Shown: positions 18,715 through 26,775 of the stretch, piece by piece
Position numbering within the stretch: position 1 is the stretch's first letter
Layout: every line of letters begins with the position of its first letter
Sequence record: DRR723986_5348
DNA length: 42,992 bases
Direction: 5' to 3' (one strand)
Notes under the pieces: model-generated
Database searches by the model: none
What the model was told of the DNA's origin: nothing
Seen by the model: the letters and a program-made list of their open reading frames with translations, nothing else
Program-made: the position numbers and the translations under genes

Positions 18715-19224
18715 TTACAACACGCGCCGCGCCTGCACAAAAGCAAAATACCAATAGCGTTCTGTTAAAGAAGAAATCATAACTCCTCGGCTACTAGAGG
18801 CATGTATAAACTCTACATTATCTGGCCGTATACGTGTTACAATACCAACGTGGTTTACCCTTCGGTTATTCTTTTTGGTGGCAAAAAACACCAAATCACC
18901 AACGTTTACGTCCTTTAGATCTATCCAGTTGCCAGTGCTTTTTAAATCAGCAGTAGTTCTGGGTAAATTGATGTTGTGTTTTTTAAAGCTGGTGTATATT
19001 AGGCCAGAGCAATCCATACCACGCTTGGTGGTGCCGCCATATTTGTATCGTGTACCATCAAAAGTTTTGGCATATTTTACAATGCTTTCTGCTTCCTTAC
19101 TAGGTTTGTTATTTACATTAACTTTTACAGTCTGCGTTTGCTGCTTTTTACTGGTAAATGACTTTTTAGATTTACAGCTAGTAGCAAATAGCACTAATAA
19201 AAGAAGAGGTAGTAATCGTTTCAT
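18715..19224 (-). CDS. NlpC/P60 (C40) cell-wall peptidase lipoprotein
   Basis: Start at 19224 gives MKRLLPLLLLVLFATS-C lipobox and removes the overlap with lpxB; YKYGG, DCSG, GDLVFF, HVGI and FIHAS motifs. Confidence 0.93.
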   Translation of the reverse strand: MKRLLPLLLLVLFATSCKSKKSFTSKKQQTQTVKVNVNNKPSKEAESIVKYAKTFDGTRYKYGGTTKRGMDCSGLIYTSFKKHNINLPRTTADLKSTGNWIDLKDVNVGDLVFFATKKNNRRVNHVGIVTRIRPDNVEFIHASSSRGVMISSLTERYWYFAFVQARRVL

Positions 19225-19225
19225 T

Positions 19226-20335
19226 TTAGGTAATAGCTTCATATATTAATTTCGCAGTAGTTTCACTAGCACCTTTTCCACCGAGTTTTTGTTCTAATTC
19301 AAAATAATCTAAAAATAGTTGCTCTCGTTTTTTTGTGTTTAAAATAGAAGTAAGCTCCTTTTTTAAACGCTGTTTGTTAAGATCTCCTTGTATAAGTTCT
19401 GTTACAACTTTACGGTCCATAATAAGATTTACCAAAGAGATAAATTTTAAGGTTATAATACGCTTAGCAATATGATAAGAAATAGGATTAGCTTTGTAAC
19501 AAACTACCTGTGGTACCTTGTATAATGCCGTTTCTAAGGTTGCTGTCCCAGAGGTCACCAAAGCCGCATTAGAAATGCTAAGCAAATCGTAGGTTTTATT
19601 AGATATAAAACTGATATTGTTTTGTTTTATAAAGCCCTTATAAAATTCAAAATCCTGACTTGGTGCACCTGCAATAACAAACTGATAATCTTCAAAATCA
19701 TTCACTAAACTTAGCATTACACTAAGCATTTTGGTGATTTCTTGCTTACGACTTCCTGGCAATAACGCTATGATTGGTTTTGTACTTAAATTGTGTGTAG
19801 TTCTGAATTCATTTTCATCTATTTGTGGTCTATCCGCAATGGCATCAATTAATGGATGACCTACAAAGTTTACATCCACATCGTACTTTTTATAAAATGC
19901 CTTTTCAAAAGGTAAAGTGCAATAAAGGGCATCCACATCGCGCTTTATTTTTTCTACTCGGCTTGCTCTAGAAGCCCAAACCTGTGGTAAGATGTAATAA
20001 TGAGTTCTAAATCCATTTTCCTTTGCCCATTTGGCGATACGTAAATTAAAACCAGAATTATCTATAAATATGATGACGTCGGGTTTGAAAGTGTCAATAT
20101 CTTTTTTGCAAAATTTGATATGGCCTAAGATTCTTCTGAGATTAAATATCACCTCAGCAAAACCCATAAATTGTCGTTCCTTGTAATGTAATACTAATTC
20201 TCCACCAACAGACTGCATTAAGTCGCCTCCCCAAAATCTAATGTCTGCTTGCTTGTCTTGTTTAAACAAGGCTTTCATTAGATTAGATCCATGTAGATCT
20301 CCAGAAGCTTCTCCAGCAATGATGTAGTACTTCAT
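19226..20335 (-). CDS. lpxB: Lipid A disaccharide synthase
   Basis: AGEASGDLHG, PQVWA, FVGHPL, LLPGSR, SGTATLE and SLVNLI motifs. Confidence 0.97.
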   Translation of the reverse strand: MKYYIIAGEASGDLHGSNLMKALFKQDKQADIRFWGGDLMQSVGGELVLHYKERQFMGFAEVIFNLRRILGHIKFCKKDIDTFKPDVIIFIDNSGFNLRIAKWAKENGFRTHYYILPQVWASRASRVEKIKRDVDALYCTLPFEKAFYKKYDVDVNFVGHPLIDAIADRPQIDENEFRTTHNLSTKPIIALLPGSRKQEITKMLSVMLSLVNDFEDYQFVIAGAPSQDFEFYKGFIKQNNISFISNKTYDLLSISNAALVTSGTATLETALYKVPQVVCYKANPISYHIAKRIITLKFISLVNLIMDRKVVTELIQGDLNKQRLKKELTSILNTKKREQLFLDYFELEQKLGGKGASETTAKLIYEAIT

Positions 20336-20620
20336 CTAATTTGTAAATTTGATAATCATGGTTGCTATAAATACTAAAATGGTTGCAATAAGTACACCTT
20401 TGGCTCTGTGATCTTGTTTCTTTTTTAAAAATAAAAAGAAGGCTCCTAAATTTAATAAAGCGCCAATACTCATTAATTTAGTTAAAAACCCTTCGGCGAC
20501 GGCACGGCTTAATACTGCACTCCAATCATCACTTTTTCCAAAAATCTGAATGGCAAATACCAATCCAAAAATAGTGGCGATAATACCTACTATAAAACCA
20601 TTAAATACTTCTTTCTTCAT
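20336..20620 (-). CDS. Hypothetical three-TM membrane protein
   Basis: Tightly packed between surE and lpxB (0-nt gap to lpxB); three hydrophobic segments. Confidence 0.85.
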   Translation of the reverse strand: MKKEVFNGFIVGIIATIFGLVFAIQIFGKSDDWSAVLSRAVAEGFLTKLMSIGALLNLGAFFLFLKKKQDHRAKGVLIATILVFIATMIIKFTN

Positions 20621-20626
20621 AATTGA

Positions 20627-21400
20627 TTAGTCATTCAAGTTCCAAGTGTTTAATTTCTGAATAGCATGGTGCGCTGTTAGGTCAAACTGTACAGGTACAA
20701 CAGAAACGTAACCATTTTCTAAAGCCCATTCATCCGTATCTTCACCATGGTCCATATTTACAAATTTACCTGTAAGCCAATAATAGTCGCGTCCCATAGG
20801 ATTTGTACGTTTGTCAAACTCTTCTTTCCAGTTAGCGCGCGCTTGTCTGCAAACTTTTATACCTTTTATGTCTTTTTTATGAAGATTTGGAAGGTTTACA
20901 TTTAGAACCACACCGTCAGATAAGCCATGTTCTAAAACTTGCCTTGTAATAGTTTCAACGAAGGTCTTGCAATGGTCAAAATTTGCATTCCAGTTATAAT
21001 CTAGTAAAGAAAATCCAATAGCAGGTATGCCTTCAATACCAGCTTCTAAAGCAGCACTCATTGTACCTGAGTATATAACATTGATGGAAGAATTAGAACC
21101 ATGGTTAATGCCAGACACACAAATATCTGGCCTGCGATCTAATATTTCATTAACAGCTAGTTTTACGCAATCCGCAGGTGTTCCAGAGCAACTATATTCA
21201 GGCTGTTTACCGTCAATGGTCACTTTTTCGAGATGCAGAGTAGAATTAATGGTTATAGCATGTCCCATTGCACTTTGTGGGCTATCAGGCGCAACCACAA
21301 CAACATCACCTAAAGTATGCATCACGGATATGAGAGTTCTTAATCCAGGCGCTGTTATACCATCATCATTTGTAACTAAAATTAAAGGACGTTTAGCCAT
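20627..21400 (-). CDS. surE: 5'/3'-nucleotidase SurE
   Basis: LVTNDDG, GTPADCV, SGINHGSN and YSGT motifs. Confidence 0.97.
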   Translation of the reverse strand: MAKRPLILVTNDDGITAPGLRTLISVMHTLGDVVVVAPDSPQSAMGHAITINSTLHLEKVTIDGKQPEYSCSGTPADCVKLAVNEILDRRPDICVSGINHGSNSSINVIYSGTMSAALEAGIEGIPAIGFSLLDYNWNANFDHCKTFVETITRQVLEHGLSDGVVLNVNLPNLHKKDIKGIKVCRQARANWKEEFDKRTNPMGRDYYWLTGKFVNMDHGEDTDEWALENGYVSVVPVQFDLTAHHAIQKLNTWNLND

Positions 21401-21410
21401 AAGTTTTCAT

Positions 21411-21418
21411 CAAATTTA
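21411..21418 (-). promoter_or_regulatory. -7 promoter element for the surE operon
   Basis: Minus strand TAAATTTG 10 nt upstream of the surE ATG, which would imply a very short leader. Confidence 0.5.
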
Positions 21419-21496
21419 ACGTTGTAAAAATAAGAAAAAGCGTGCGATTTGCCAGCAATTATAGCTTTAACAAAAAATTAGTGCCGTGATTTTTTA

Positions 21497-21511
21497 TGGC
21501 ACGGTTTTTTC
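21497..21511 (+). promoter_or_regulatory. Sigma54-like -24/-12 promoter upstream of prc
   Basis: TGGCACG-GTTT-TTTC versus consensus TGGCACG-N4-TTGC: perfect -24 box, one mismatch in the -12 box. Confidence 0.5.
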
Positions 21512-21566
21512 TGCTATTTTAGTGAAAAATTGAAAACCTACACTTAGAGTGTTAAATATATAGATT

Positions 21567-23741
21567 ATGAGAGGGAATTATAAGTTTTTTTTACTTGCGT
21601 TATTAATTGCATTTGCCTCATGCAGTTTTACAAGCAAAACATTTGACAATCCAGATAAAGACAAGCTTCTTATTCAGCTTATCACTGACGTTTTAGAGCA
21701 GGGTCATTTCGATCCGCAAGAACTTAATAATGATTTTTCTATTAATGTTTATGAAGATTATTTAAATCAAATAGATCCATTTAAACGTTATTTTTATGAG
21801 TCTGACATAAAAGAGTTTGAAGCATATAAGGATCAGTTAGACGACCAACTAAAATCTTATGATGTAACATTCTTCAATATCACACATCAAAGATTATTGC
21901 AAAGAATTGAAGAATCTAAAAAACTTTATGAAGAAATCTTGGATAATCCTTTCGATTTTTCTGTTGCAGAAAATTACTCTACAGATTATGAGGAGTTAAA
22001 CTATGTGAAGAATAAGCGTGAAATGAAGGAGCGTTGGAGACAGCAATTAAAATTCTCTACTATCGCTAATTATGACGATGCTATTGCACAGCGCGAAGAT
22101 AATTTAGAGGTAAATAATTTACCAGAGAGTGTATTTTCTGCTGAGAATGAAAAATCATCTTCAGAAGAAAAAAAATCAATGAAACAAATTGAACAAGAAG
22201 CTCGAGAGGCAACAAAACGATCACTTGATGAACTTTATGATTTCATTGACGACAGACAGCGTAAAGATTGGTTTGCAGTATATATTAATGCTATAGTAGA
22301 AGAGTTTGATCCGCATACGTTTTATTTTGCGCCAGAAGATAAAGATCGTTTTGATGTAGCCATGTCAGGTAATTTTGAAGGTATTGGAGCGCGATTACAG
22401 AAAAGAATGGATGCGATACTTGTAAATGAAATTATTAGTGGTGGTCCTGCTTGGAGAGCCAATGACCTTGAAGTTGGAGACCAAATAATGAAGGTAAGGC
22501 AAGAGGATGAGGAGGAAGCAGTAAATATTGTTGGTATGCGCTTAGATGATGCTATAAAACTTATTAAAGGACCCAAAGGTACAACTGTTGTATTAACACT
22601 TAAGAAGGTAGATGGAACAATTGAAGATATTTCTATTACCAGAGATATTGTTGAGTTAGAAGAAACTTATGCAAAGTCATCCACAGTTGAAAAGGACGGT
22701 AAGACATTTGGTGTGATAAACCTTCCAAAGTTTTACATCAACTTTCAAGACTATAACAAACGAAATGCTGCATCAGATATAAAACAAGAGATAACTAGGT
22801 TAAAAGAACAAGGTATGGAAGGTCTTGTATTAGACCTAAGAAATAATGGTGGAGGATCACTACAAACCGTTGTAGATATTGTTGGTTTGTTTATTGAAGA
22901 AGGACCAGTAGTTCAGGTAAAAACTACAGGAGAACCTAAAGAAGTTCTAAGAGATAAAGACAAATCTATTGTTTGGGATGGGCCGTTAGTTATAATGGTT
23001 AACGAACTTTCTGCTTCTGCATCCGAAATTTTAGCTGCAGCAATGCAAGATTATAAGCGTGCAATAGTAATAGGAAGTAAGCAAACTTATGGAAAGGGAA
23101 CGGTTCAAAATGTTTTAGATTTAAACCGTATGGTGCGTAATAATACCAACGGTGATATGGGAGCTCTTAAGTTTACAACTCAGAAATTTTATAGAATCAA
23201 TGGTGGTTCTACTCAGTTAGAAGGTGTTAAGAGTGACGTTGTTGTTCCAGATCGTTACAGTTATATAGATATCGGTGAGAAAGATCAGGAAAATCCTCTA
23301 CCTTGGGATAAAATTGATGCTGTAGATTATGATCTATGGGGTAATTATTTCGATTATGATACTACTATAAGTAAGAGTAAAGCAAGAATGGCAGCAAATG
23401 AACAATTAAAGTTAATTGAGGCCAATGCAAAATGGGTAAAGAAAATTAGAGACCGCGAAATTTATTCTTTAAATTATGAAGACTATAAAAAGGAGATGGA
23501 ATTAAATGAAGAGGAAGCTAAACGTTTTGAAAAGCTATCGGAATATAAAACTAACCTATCTTTTAATTCATTGCCATATGAGATAAGTTTAATGGAGAAA
23601 GATTCTGTTTTAAAAGAAAAACGTAAGCGATGGCACGAGAGTTTGGCAAAAGATGTATATGTAGAAGAGGCATTAAATGTCCTTAATGATTTAAAAATGA
23701 CTTATGCAATTAAAAACAAGGTTGCAGGTGTAAAAAACTAA
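21567..23741 (+). CDS. prc: Carboxy-terminal processing protease (Prc/Tsp, S41), probable lipoprotein
   Basis: Lipobox AFAS-C, DPHTFY, PDZ segment FEGIGA, DLRNNGGG, SASASE catalytic Ser and YGKG catalytic Lys. Confidence 0.95.
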   Translation: MRGNYKFFLLALLIAFASCSFTSKTFDNPDKDKLLIQLITDVLEQGHFDPQELNNDFSINVYEDYLNQIDPFKRYFYESDIKEFEAYKDQLDDQLKSYDVTFFNITHQRLLQRIEESKKLYEEILDNPFDFSVAENYSTDYEELNYVKNKREMKERWRQQLKFSTIANYDDAIAQREDNLEVNNLPESVFSAENEKSSSEEKKSMKQIEQEAREATKRSLDELYDFIDDRQRKDWFAVYINAIVEEFDPHTFYFAPEDKDRFDVAMSGNFEGIGARLQKRMDAILVNEIISGGPAWRANDLEVGDQIMKVRQEDEEEAVNIVGMRLDDAIKLIKGPKGTTVVLTLKKVDGTIEDISITRDIVELEETYAKSSTVEKDGKTFGVINLPKFYINFQDYNKRNAASDIKQEITRLKEQGMEGLVLDLRNNGGGSLQTVVDIVGLFIEEGPVVQVKTTGEPKEVLRDKDKSIVWDGPLVIMVNELSASASEILAAAMQDYKRAIVIGSKQTYGKGTVQNVLDLNRMVRNNTNGDMGALKFTTQKFYRINGGSTQLEGVKSDVVVPDRYSYIDIGEKDQENPLPWDKIDAVDYDLWGNYFDYDTTISKSKARMAANEQLKLIEANAKWVKKIRDREIYSLNYEDYKKEMELNEEEAKRFEKLSEYKTNLSFNSLPYEISLMEKDSVLKEKRKRWHESLAKDVYVEEALNVLNDLKMTYAIKNKVAGVKN

Positions 23742-23786
23742 AAAAAAGAAGATTATATTGCCATGATTTCTTTAGAATAAGATATA

Positions 23787-24881
23787 ATGTCAAAAATAAA
23801 TAATTCACTTACAGCATTAGCGCTTCAAAAGTTTAAAAAAAACTTTTGGGGCGTTTTTAGTTTAGGGATCATTGTGTGCATTGGCGTATTATCAATATTC
23901 GCTTATCTCTTCGCGCCAGATGCTTCAAAAAATGCCAATCAAATGCATTTATCTATACATTCTAAATCTCCAGGGTTTAATGTAGAGATGTTGACCATTC
24001 CTTCTGGTGTAAAAGCCGATCAGAATTTAGTCTCAAGGCTTTTTTTTGGTAAAGTAAACACCGATACTGAAATTCCGATTTCATCTTATGAAGTGAAAGG
24101 TAATGTTTTGCATTATGAAGAGTATGCCTCAGATGGTCTTAAGGGTTTAGAAAAGCAATTAGACTTATCACAGTTTCCAGAATCGGATTATATAAAATAC
24201 ATTGAAACCCGAAAATTTAGTTTTGGTACAGATAAATATGGTAGAGACTACTTAAGTAGAATCTTAATAGGTTCTCGTATATCATTTTTTATCGGTTTTG
24301 TTGCAGTATTTATTTCATTGATTATTGGTTTAATTATGGGTAGTCTTGCAGGTTACTATGGTGGCAAAATTGATGCTGTAATAATGTGGATAATTAATGT
24401 GACATGGTCAATACCTACATTATTGTTAGTAATAGCTATTACTTTAGCACTTGGTAAAGGATTCTGGCAAGTATTTATTGCTGTAGGGTTAACGATGTGG
24501 GTTGAAGTGGCCAGAGTAGTCAGAGGTCAAATTATTAGTGCTAAGGAAATGCAATATGTTACCGCAGCAAGGGCATTAGGGTTTAATGACTACAGAATAA
24601 TTACAAAGCATATTCTGCCTAATATTTTTGGTCCGTTAATAGTCATATCTGCAGCTAATTTTGCTGCTGCTATTTTAATCGAAAGCGGATTAAGTTTTCT
24701 TGGTATTGGCGCACAGCCGCCCATGGCAAGTTGGGGCGCAATGATAAAAGATCATTACAATTATATTATTCTTGGAAAACCTTATTTGGCTTTAATTCCA
24801 GGTGTTTGTATCATGATTTTGGTGATGGCATTTATGTTAGTCGGTAACGCATTGCGTGATGCTTTAGATGTGAAGACTTAA
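23787..24881 (+). CDS. ABC transporter permease, DppC/OppC type
   Basis: FGTDKYGRD, YVTAARALG (EAA-loop), HILPN, ESGLSFLGIG and GNALRDALD motifs. Confidence 0.93.
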   Translation: MSKINNSLTALALQKFKKNFWGVFSLGIIVCIGVLSIFAYLFAPDASKNANQMHLSIHSKSPGFNVEMLTIPSGVKADQNLVSRLFFGKVNTDTEIPISSYEVKGNVLHYEEYASDGLKGLEKQLDLSQFPESDYIKYIETRKFSFGTDKYGRDYLSRILIGSRISFFIGFVAVFISLIIGLIMGSLAGYYGGKIDAVIMWIINVTWSIPTLLLVIAITLALGKGFWQVFIAVGLTMWVEVARVVRGQIISAKEMQYVTAARALGFNDYRIITKHILPNIFGPLIVISAANFAAAILIESGLSFLGIGAQPPMASWGAMIKDHYNYIILGKPYLALIPGVCIMILVMAFMLVGNALRDALDVKT

Positions 24882-24894
24882 AAAATTAAATGCT

Positions 24895-25080
24895 ATGACA
24901 AATAAGGGAAAACTAATTTTTCTAATCGTTTTTGTGCTAACAAGCCTATTGCTTCAATATAATTTTACAGTGTCAGAAATAAAATTAAATGACATAATCA
25001 GAACAACGATTGGTGGAGTAGTAGCAGTACTACTTATAAATATTTACAGGGTAGAGATAAAAAAGAATGATTGTTACTGA
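24895..25080 (+). CDS. Hypothetical small two-TM protein
   Basis: 61 aa, fills the gap after the permease; two hydrophobic stretches; 3' end overlaps the yihA stop by 7 nt. Confidence 0.5.
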   Translation: MTNKGKLIFLIVFVLTSLLLQYNFTVSEIKLNDIIRTTIGGVVAVLLINIYRVEIKKNDCY

Positions 25081-25688
25081 TTTCGTAACTGTTCAATTTC
25101 TTCATTTGTAGATTCAATAAAACCCAAAACGTCTTCTTGTCCAATCTTTTTGCTAGATGAAGTGATAAAATAAGGAGGCAATTGTTCCCAGGATTCTAAC
25201 AATACCTTGCAATAGTCCTCTACATGTTTGTCAATGGCTTTTGGTTTAAGTTTATCTGCTTTAGTAAATACAATTCCAAAAGGAATACCACTTTCACCCA
25301 GATACTGCATAAACTCTAAATCAATAGGCTGAGGCTTGTGTCTTATGTCTACTAAAACAAACGCAGAAACAAGTTGTTGACGTTGTTCGAAATAATTGGT
25401 AATAAACTTCTGAAATTTTTTTTTTGAGGTTTTAGAAACGCGAGCATAACCATAACCTGGCAAATCAACTAAAAACCAATTATCATTAATAATGAAGTGG
25501 TTGATTAGCTGAGTTTTTCCTGGTCGCCCAGAAGTTTTCGCTAGGCTTTTACGGTCGGTAAGCATGTTAATTAATGAAGATTTACCAACATTACTTCTGC
25601 CAATAAAGGCATATTCTGGAATAGGATTCTTTGGGCATTTGGCCACCTCAGAATTACTCATAACAAACTCAGCAGATTTTATTTTCAT
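25074..25688 (-). CDS. yihA: Ribosome biogenesis GTPase YihA/YsxC/EngB
   Basis: GRSNVGKSS, PGKTQ, DLPGYG and TKADK motifs. Confidence 0.97.
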   Translation of the reverse strand: MKIKSAEFVMSNSEVAKCPKNPIPEYAFIGRSNVGKSSLINMLTDRKSLAKTSGRPGKTQLINHFIINDNWFLVDLPGYGYARVSKTSKKKFQKFITNYFEQRQQLVSAFVLVDIRHKPQPIDLEFMQYLGESGIPFGIVFTKADKLKPKAIDKHVEDYCKVLLESWEQLPPYFITSSSKKIGQEDVLGFIESTNEEIEQLRNQ

Positions 25689-25694
25689 GGTACG

Positions 25695-25710
25695 TTCTGC
25701 GAAGGCAGAA
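25695..25710. repeat. Short GC-rich palindrome (REP-like hairpin)
   Basis: TTCTGC-GAAG-GCAGAA in the 39-nt gap between the hydrolase gene and yihA. Confidence 0.55.
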
Positions 25711-25727
25711 AACTTTAGATTATACGT

Positions 25728-26492
25728 TTAGTAGCCACGACTTTCGAGCCAACCATTCAAAATTTTATTAAATTCTTCAGGGTGTTCCATCATTGCGGCA
25801 TGACCACATTTATCTATCCAAAACAAATCAGAGTCTGGTAGTAATTCATGGAATTCTTCTGCAACTTCAGGTGGAGTTACATTGTCGTTTCTACCCCAAA
25901 TAATGCAAGTTGGAGTATGCATTTTTGGTAAGTCTTTAGCCATATTATGACGAATTGCACTTTTGGCAATGGCTAATGTTTTAACGAGCTTGTTTCTATC
26001 GTTTACCGTTTCATAAACTTCGTCTACAATTTCTTTAGTAGCCACTGCAGGATCATAGAAAACATCTTGGGCTTTTTTCTTTATAACTTCATAGTCACTT
26101 CGTTTGGTATAACCACTACCCATGGAGCTTTCGTAAAGACCTGAACTACCTGTAATAACCAAGCCTTTAACTTTATCTGGATATAATTTTGTGTGATATA
26201 AACCAATGTGCCCACCTAAAGAATTACCAAGTAAAATAACATTGTCTAATTCTTTAAATTCAATAAAATCTCTAAGATAATTTGCAAAACTTTTTACGTT
26301 AGTCTTTATAAGTGACATGGTGTAAATAGGTAATTCGGGAATGATTACTTTATAGCCATTAGACCCAAAATAATCCGTGACAGCATCAAAATTACTCAAT
26401 CCTCCCATTAACCCATGAAGAACAATAATTGGTGTTCCTTCTCCTACTTCAATATATCTATAATCCTTTTCTTTTTTTAAAAGGTGTGCCAT
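25728..26492 (-). CDS. Alpha/beta fold hydrolase
   Basis: LHGLMG oxyanion segment, GNSLGG nucleophile elbow, WGRND aspartate and CGHAAMME histidine. Confidence 0.93.
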   Translation of the reverse strand: MAHLLKKEKDYRYIEVGEGTPIIVLHGLMGGLSNFDAVTDYFGSNGYKVIIPELPIYTMSLIKTNVKSFANYLRDFIEFKELDNVILLGNSLGGHIGLYHTKLYPDKVKGLVITGSSGLYESSMGSGYTKRSDYEVIKKKAQDVFYDPAVATKEIVDEVYETVNDRNKLVKTLAIAKSAIRHNMAKDLPKMHTPTCIIWGRNDNVTPPEVAEEFHELLPDSDLFWIDKCGHAAMMEHPEEFNKILNGWLESRGY

Positions 26493-26520
26493 CTACAAAG
26501 TTAGTGCTTAGTGTTAAAAA

Positions 26521-26528
26521 CAAATATA
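26521..26528 (-). promoter_or_regulatory. -7 promoter element for hydrolase-yihA
   Basis: Minus strand TATATTTG 28 nt upstream of the ATG. Confidence 0.7.
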
Positions 26529-26697
26529 ACTAAATCCTTTTTAATTCATAGACATCTTAAAACTTTCAATAAAAAATATTTGGTAATAAATAAGGCTAAA
26601 ATGTTGATAAATACCACTTAATTAAATAGTCTCTAAATACTGATTTTAGTGAAGTCTCTAAAATTTTAAAATATCACATTGCAAAACTTATCAACAA

Positions 26698-26727
26698 AAG
26701 TGGGAGGATGTGGTAAAATGTGGAAAA
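26698..26727 (+). promoter_or_regulatory. MraZ-binding direct repeats
   Basis: AAGTGGGAGG-ATGTGGTAAA-ATGTGGAAAA: GTGG cores at 26700, 26710 and 26720 (10-nt period), like MraZ operators known from other phyla. Confidence 0.85.
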
Positions 26728-26735
26728 TTTTTCAA

Positions 26736-26743
26736 TATATTTG
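26736..26743 (+). promoter_or_regulatory. -7 promoter element of the dcw operon
   Basis: TATATTTG 32 nt upstream of mraZ; the expected -33 position falls within the GTGG repeats. Confidence 0.8.
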
Positions 26744-26775
26744 AATCTTAATCGTTAAAGTGGTAGCCAGACGTT

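Noticed and set aside
25416-25425. A10 tract in yihA as a phase-variation or frameshift site
   Set aside because: It encodes S-K-K-K-F in frame in an intact, normally essential GTPase; such runs are expected in an AT-rich genome.
26493-26775. Replication origin in the AT-rich mraZ intergenic region
   Set aside because: Only two imperfect DnaA-like boxes, no usual origin-flanking genes, and the region is explained by two promoters and the MraZ operator.
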